64,000 nt of DNA from Azolla caroliniana (lineage: Eukaryota; Plantae; Polypodiophyta), in contig JBHGNT010000001.1 of assembly GCA_043228905.1 (NCBI GenBank), forward strand, positions 22,568,001 through 22,632,000, in the 5' to 3' direction. The notes under the pieces were generated by a model that was given only the letters and a program-made list of their open reading frames with translations, was not told the origin of the DNA and searched no databases. Made by a program: the position numbers and the translations under genes. This document shows positions 61,048 to 64,000 of the stretch, one piece after another. Positions within the stretch are counted from its first letter, which is position 1, and each line of letters opens with the position of its first letter.

Positions 61048-64000
61048 TTTTGAGTGAACAAGCTCAACTTGGACCGGATCGGCTAAAGAATCTGAGAACT
61101 GGATCATATTGAACCGATCCGTTAGGCCCGAATCGACTAAAGAAGTGGGGAGCCGGATTTGACGAAGACTAATTGGTGGGAGCCAGAAGGCAGTTGGAAA
61201 GATATTCCATGAAGGAATATATTTGAGAGTTAGTGTAGGGGCTCATTTATGAACATTCAAGTACTGACGGTACTTGTGTCAATCCTTTTAAGGACTTGTA
61301 TAAAAGTGCTCTCTGAGCACATTCGATGTACAAAACGAGTGTTATTTTTTAATAGAGTTCATGTTCTTGTTTGTTTGTCCAATGGAGAAGCTCGATAGGC
61401 GCAACTACGCATCTTGGTCATACAGAGATGCACAAATATCTGTTAGGACATAAATATTAGAGCTATGTCGAAGGAGCAAATGATGCAAGACCAGATTTGA
61501 CACACAGGAATTTTCTGGCTTGGGAATAGTCCGCAAGCAGAGTTCTCAACTGATTTGCATCTATAATGTCGGTGAACAGCTATTGAGATGCATCCAGGAT
61601 GCCAAGATGCCAAAGGAGTCTTGGGGAAATCTGAAGAAGATTTTCGCCGCGAGCACCACAACTAGAAAGCTTCAGCTCAGACAACAACTGAACAACGTTC
61701 GACAAAGAGATATGTCGTTGGCTGATTATAGCTCCCAGATGAAAGACCTCTGCGATTCCCTCGCCTCCATCAATGTGAATGTCAAGGAGGAGGAAATGGT
61801 GCAGGTTTGTCTCGGAGGATTGGTGCAGAAGTTCGGATCATTCCGGAAAATAATTTGCATGAGAGAGAATACATCATTATTGTTTGAGTTGCAATCGATG
61901 CTTCTCGTTGAAGAGAACCACATGGGTGCATCGACGAATACGCACACCAAAAACACGATGCTATACATGGAGGAAGATAGGCCCCGTGGTTGTGGTGGTC
62001 GAAGCGGTTCGGCACGCAATGGAATAGGTCGACAAGAGCAAAAGGGAAGGCATAATTGAAATGCTGACAACAATTTCAAACCCTTCGGAAACAGGGGGAG
62101 TCAAGGCGGCACCGGAAACCGGCAAGCAAAGGCCGAAACGGAACGTTGGTACTGTCGTTGGAAGGGCCACAAAGAGCGAGTGTTGGAAGAAGCGCTCTGA
62201 TTTGGATAAACCCGGATCGAGCCGGGATGACGCCGACAGACGTCACAGATCACACTACACTGAAGGCTCAAGAGGAGCCTGGAATGGATCAGGCCTAGCC
62301 TTTGTGATGAAGCACAAGGCTAATTTGATGAAGACAAGCACCTCGAGACCGAACGATGTATGGTATGTTGATTCCGGAGCTTCAAACCATATGACAAGCC
62401 ACGACCAGTGGTTCTCGTATATGGAGAAACCTTAAATGTTTCATCAAAGAAGAGGGCAAAGTCATCACACAAAGGCATCGAGAAGGGAGGTTGTTCATCA
62501 TTGAAACGAACGAATTCGGACCCGTGATGTTTGCAAAAAAGCAAAAGGTCGAGTCGGACATCAACCTATGGCACAAGCGGTTTGACCATGCCAACATCCC
62601 GCGGCTTCAAGAAATGCAGACGAAGAATATTGTTTGCGGGTTGACGAAAATCAATGGTCGAAGCGGCCAAGTCTTGGAAGTGTGCTAGCTAGGAAAGTAG
62701 ATCCAACTTCCATTCCCCAATGAGAAAAATCAGAGCTGGAACCGGCTCAATTTAATCCAGTCAGATGTCTCAGAATTGACACAGAACATGAGCATCGGAG
62801 GAAGCCGTTACTTTCTAACCTCATCGATGACTACACTTGGCACACTTGAGCATGCTTGATCGTGAAGAAGAGGAAAGTCTTTGCCTACTTCTTGGAGGTG
62901 AAGAGCCTTGCCGAACGGGAAACCAACAGAAAAATCAAGTGTTTGAGATTCGATGGCAGAAAAGAGTACTTTTCTTACCAATTCTCGAGTTACCTGTAGA
63001 AGGAAGAAATTCGGCGAGAATTCTCTTGCAGATACACACTAGAGCAGAAGAGTCTGGCTAAGCGGAAGAATTAGAGGAGGCAGCATGGGAAATGCTTGAG
63101 GGGAAGCATATGCTGAAGATTTACTAGGCTAAAGCGGTCCGGGTAGCCATCTACCTGTAGAATGGGATATCTGCAAATGGAGGAGTGTCTCCACATGAGC
63201 TGTATGTTGGGAAGAAGCTGGACTTGGCACACTTGAGGGTATTCGGTAGCATTGCATATGTGCATGTGCCAAAGGAAAAACGGAGGCAATTAGATGCGAA
63301 AGCCAAGAAGTGTATCGTGGTCGGCTACTAAGATGAGCAAAAGGATTATAAGTAATATAAGCCCTAAACGAAAGAGGTCCACGTAAGCTAAGATGTTGTT
63401 TTCAATGAGTTGTCTTCATGGTACTTGCCTTTACCTCCGAACCCCGATAACTACATTCCGAATTCTAAGGATGAGGTTTAGTGAGGCCGAAATGCCTCCA
63501 AATGAAGAAGAAATCGGAGCTCTAAAAAGAGTCTGATACCATTCCGATTGACTGGGCCGAATGAGAGACTAAGTTGGAATGACCAGTCATATGAGGAGCT
63601 GGCGAGTAATGGACACTTGGTCGTGCTATCCCGCTTCGGAAACCGAAGATATGGCCTATGTGCAAAGAGAGGGGGAAGATGAAAATATTGAAGTATAGCA
63701 TGGATGCCGGTTTTTCAGCCCAGAGTGAATCTGAAACAGTCGGACGACGAACCTCCGGAGAAAAGTTTAGATTCTACCAAGAGGGCCGTCAAATCGGCAA
63801 AGCAAAAGATGTGCCGATCTACCCACCAGAAGAACCCCGATGTTCTATACGGATACAATGAATACATGGTGCACCATTATGCGTACATGACGAAGGTGGT
63901 GGAAGTGCACGAGCTGGAAAGCTATGTAGAAGCGGCAAATTGGCGTGCGGCTATGGAGGAAGAGATGCACGCCTTAGCGGAGAACTAAACATGGGACCTG
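61048..64000 (+). mobile_element. C5: degenerate Ty1/copia (C1 family), continues beyond the window
   Basis: LTR remnant 61048-61380 similar to 36784 onwards; gag 61520-62059, WYVDSGASNHMT protease, LWHKRFDH, IN, RT start NWRAAMEEEM. Confidence 0.85.

Overview
This window is gene-free, heterochromatin-like plant DNA made almost entirely of nested LTR retrotransposons. The element types suggest a seedless plant such as a moss, but that is inference. I see no host protein gene, rRNA or intact tRNA. Resolved layers: (i) several families of non-chromovirus Ty3/gypsy elements of Phygy/Selgy type, with a tRNA-Trp PBS, FLDDIPIKG RT motif, TGTCG..CGACA ends and 4-bp TSDs. These are G1 140-9229, G2 18084-35529, G5 53567-60939, three solo LTRs and two non-autonomous derivatives (12317-16789, very young with an intact Gag-protease ORF; and 27865-32426). 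(ii) An Athila/Tat-like gypsy with an extra 3' ORF (G4 39170-53156). (iii) Several Ty1/copia elements (C1-C5). (iv) A 5'-truncated LINE between two copies of a ~1.3-kb duplication. The most striking signals belong to the Phygy-like group. All 7 resolvable insertions have a 4-bp TSD centred on a CpG (5 perfect, 2 decayed). Three otherwise dissimilar LTR families carry tRNA-like A-box/B-box modules in U3, always antisense to the LTR promoter. A covarying hairpin precedes the PPT in 5 families. A conserved -1 slippery site separates Gag-Pro from Pol. Coordinates were read by eye and may be off by a few bases at degenerate junctions.
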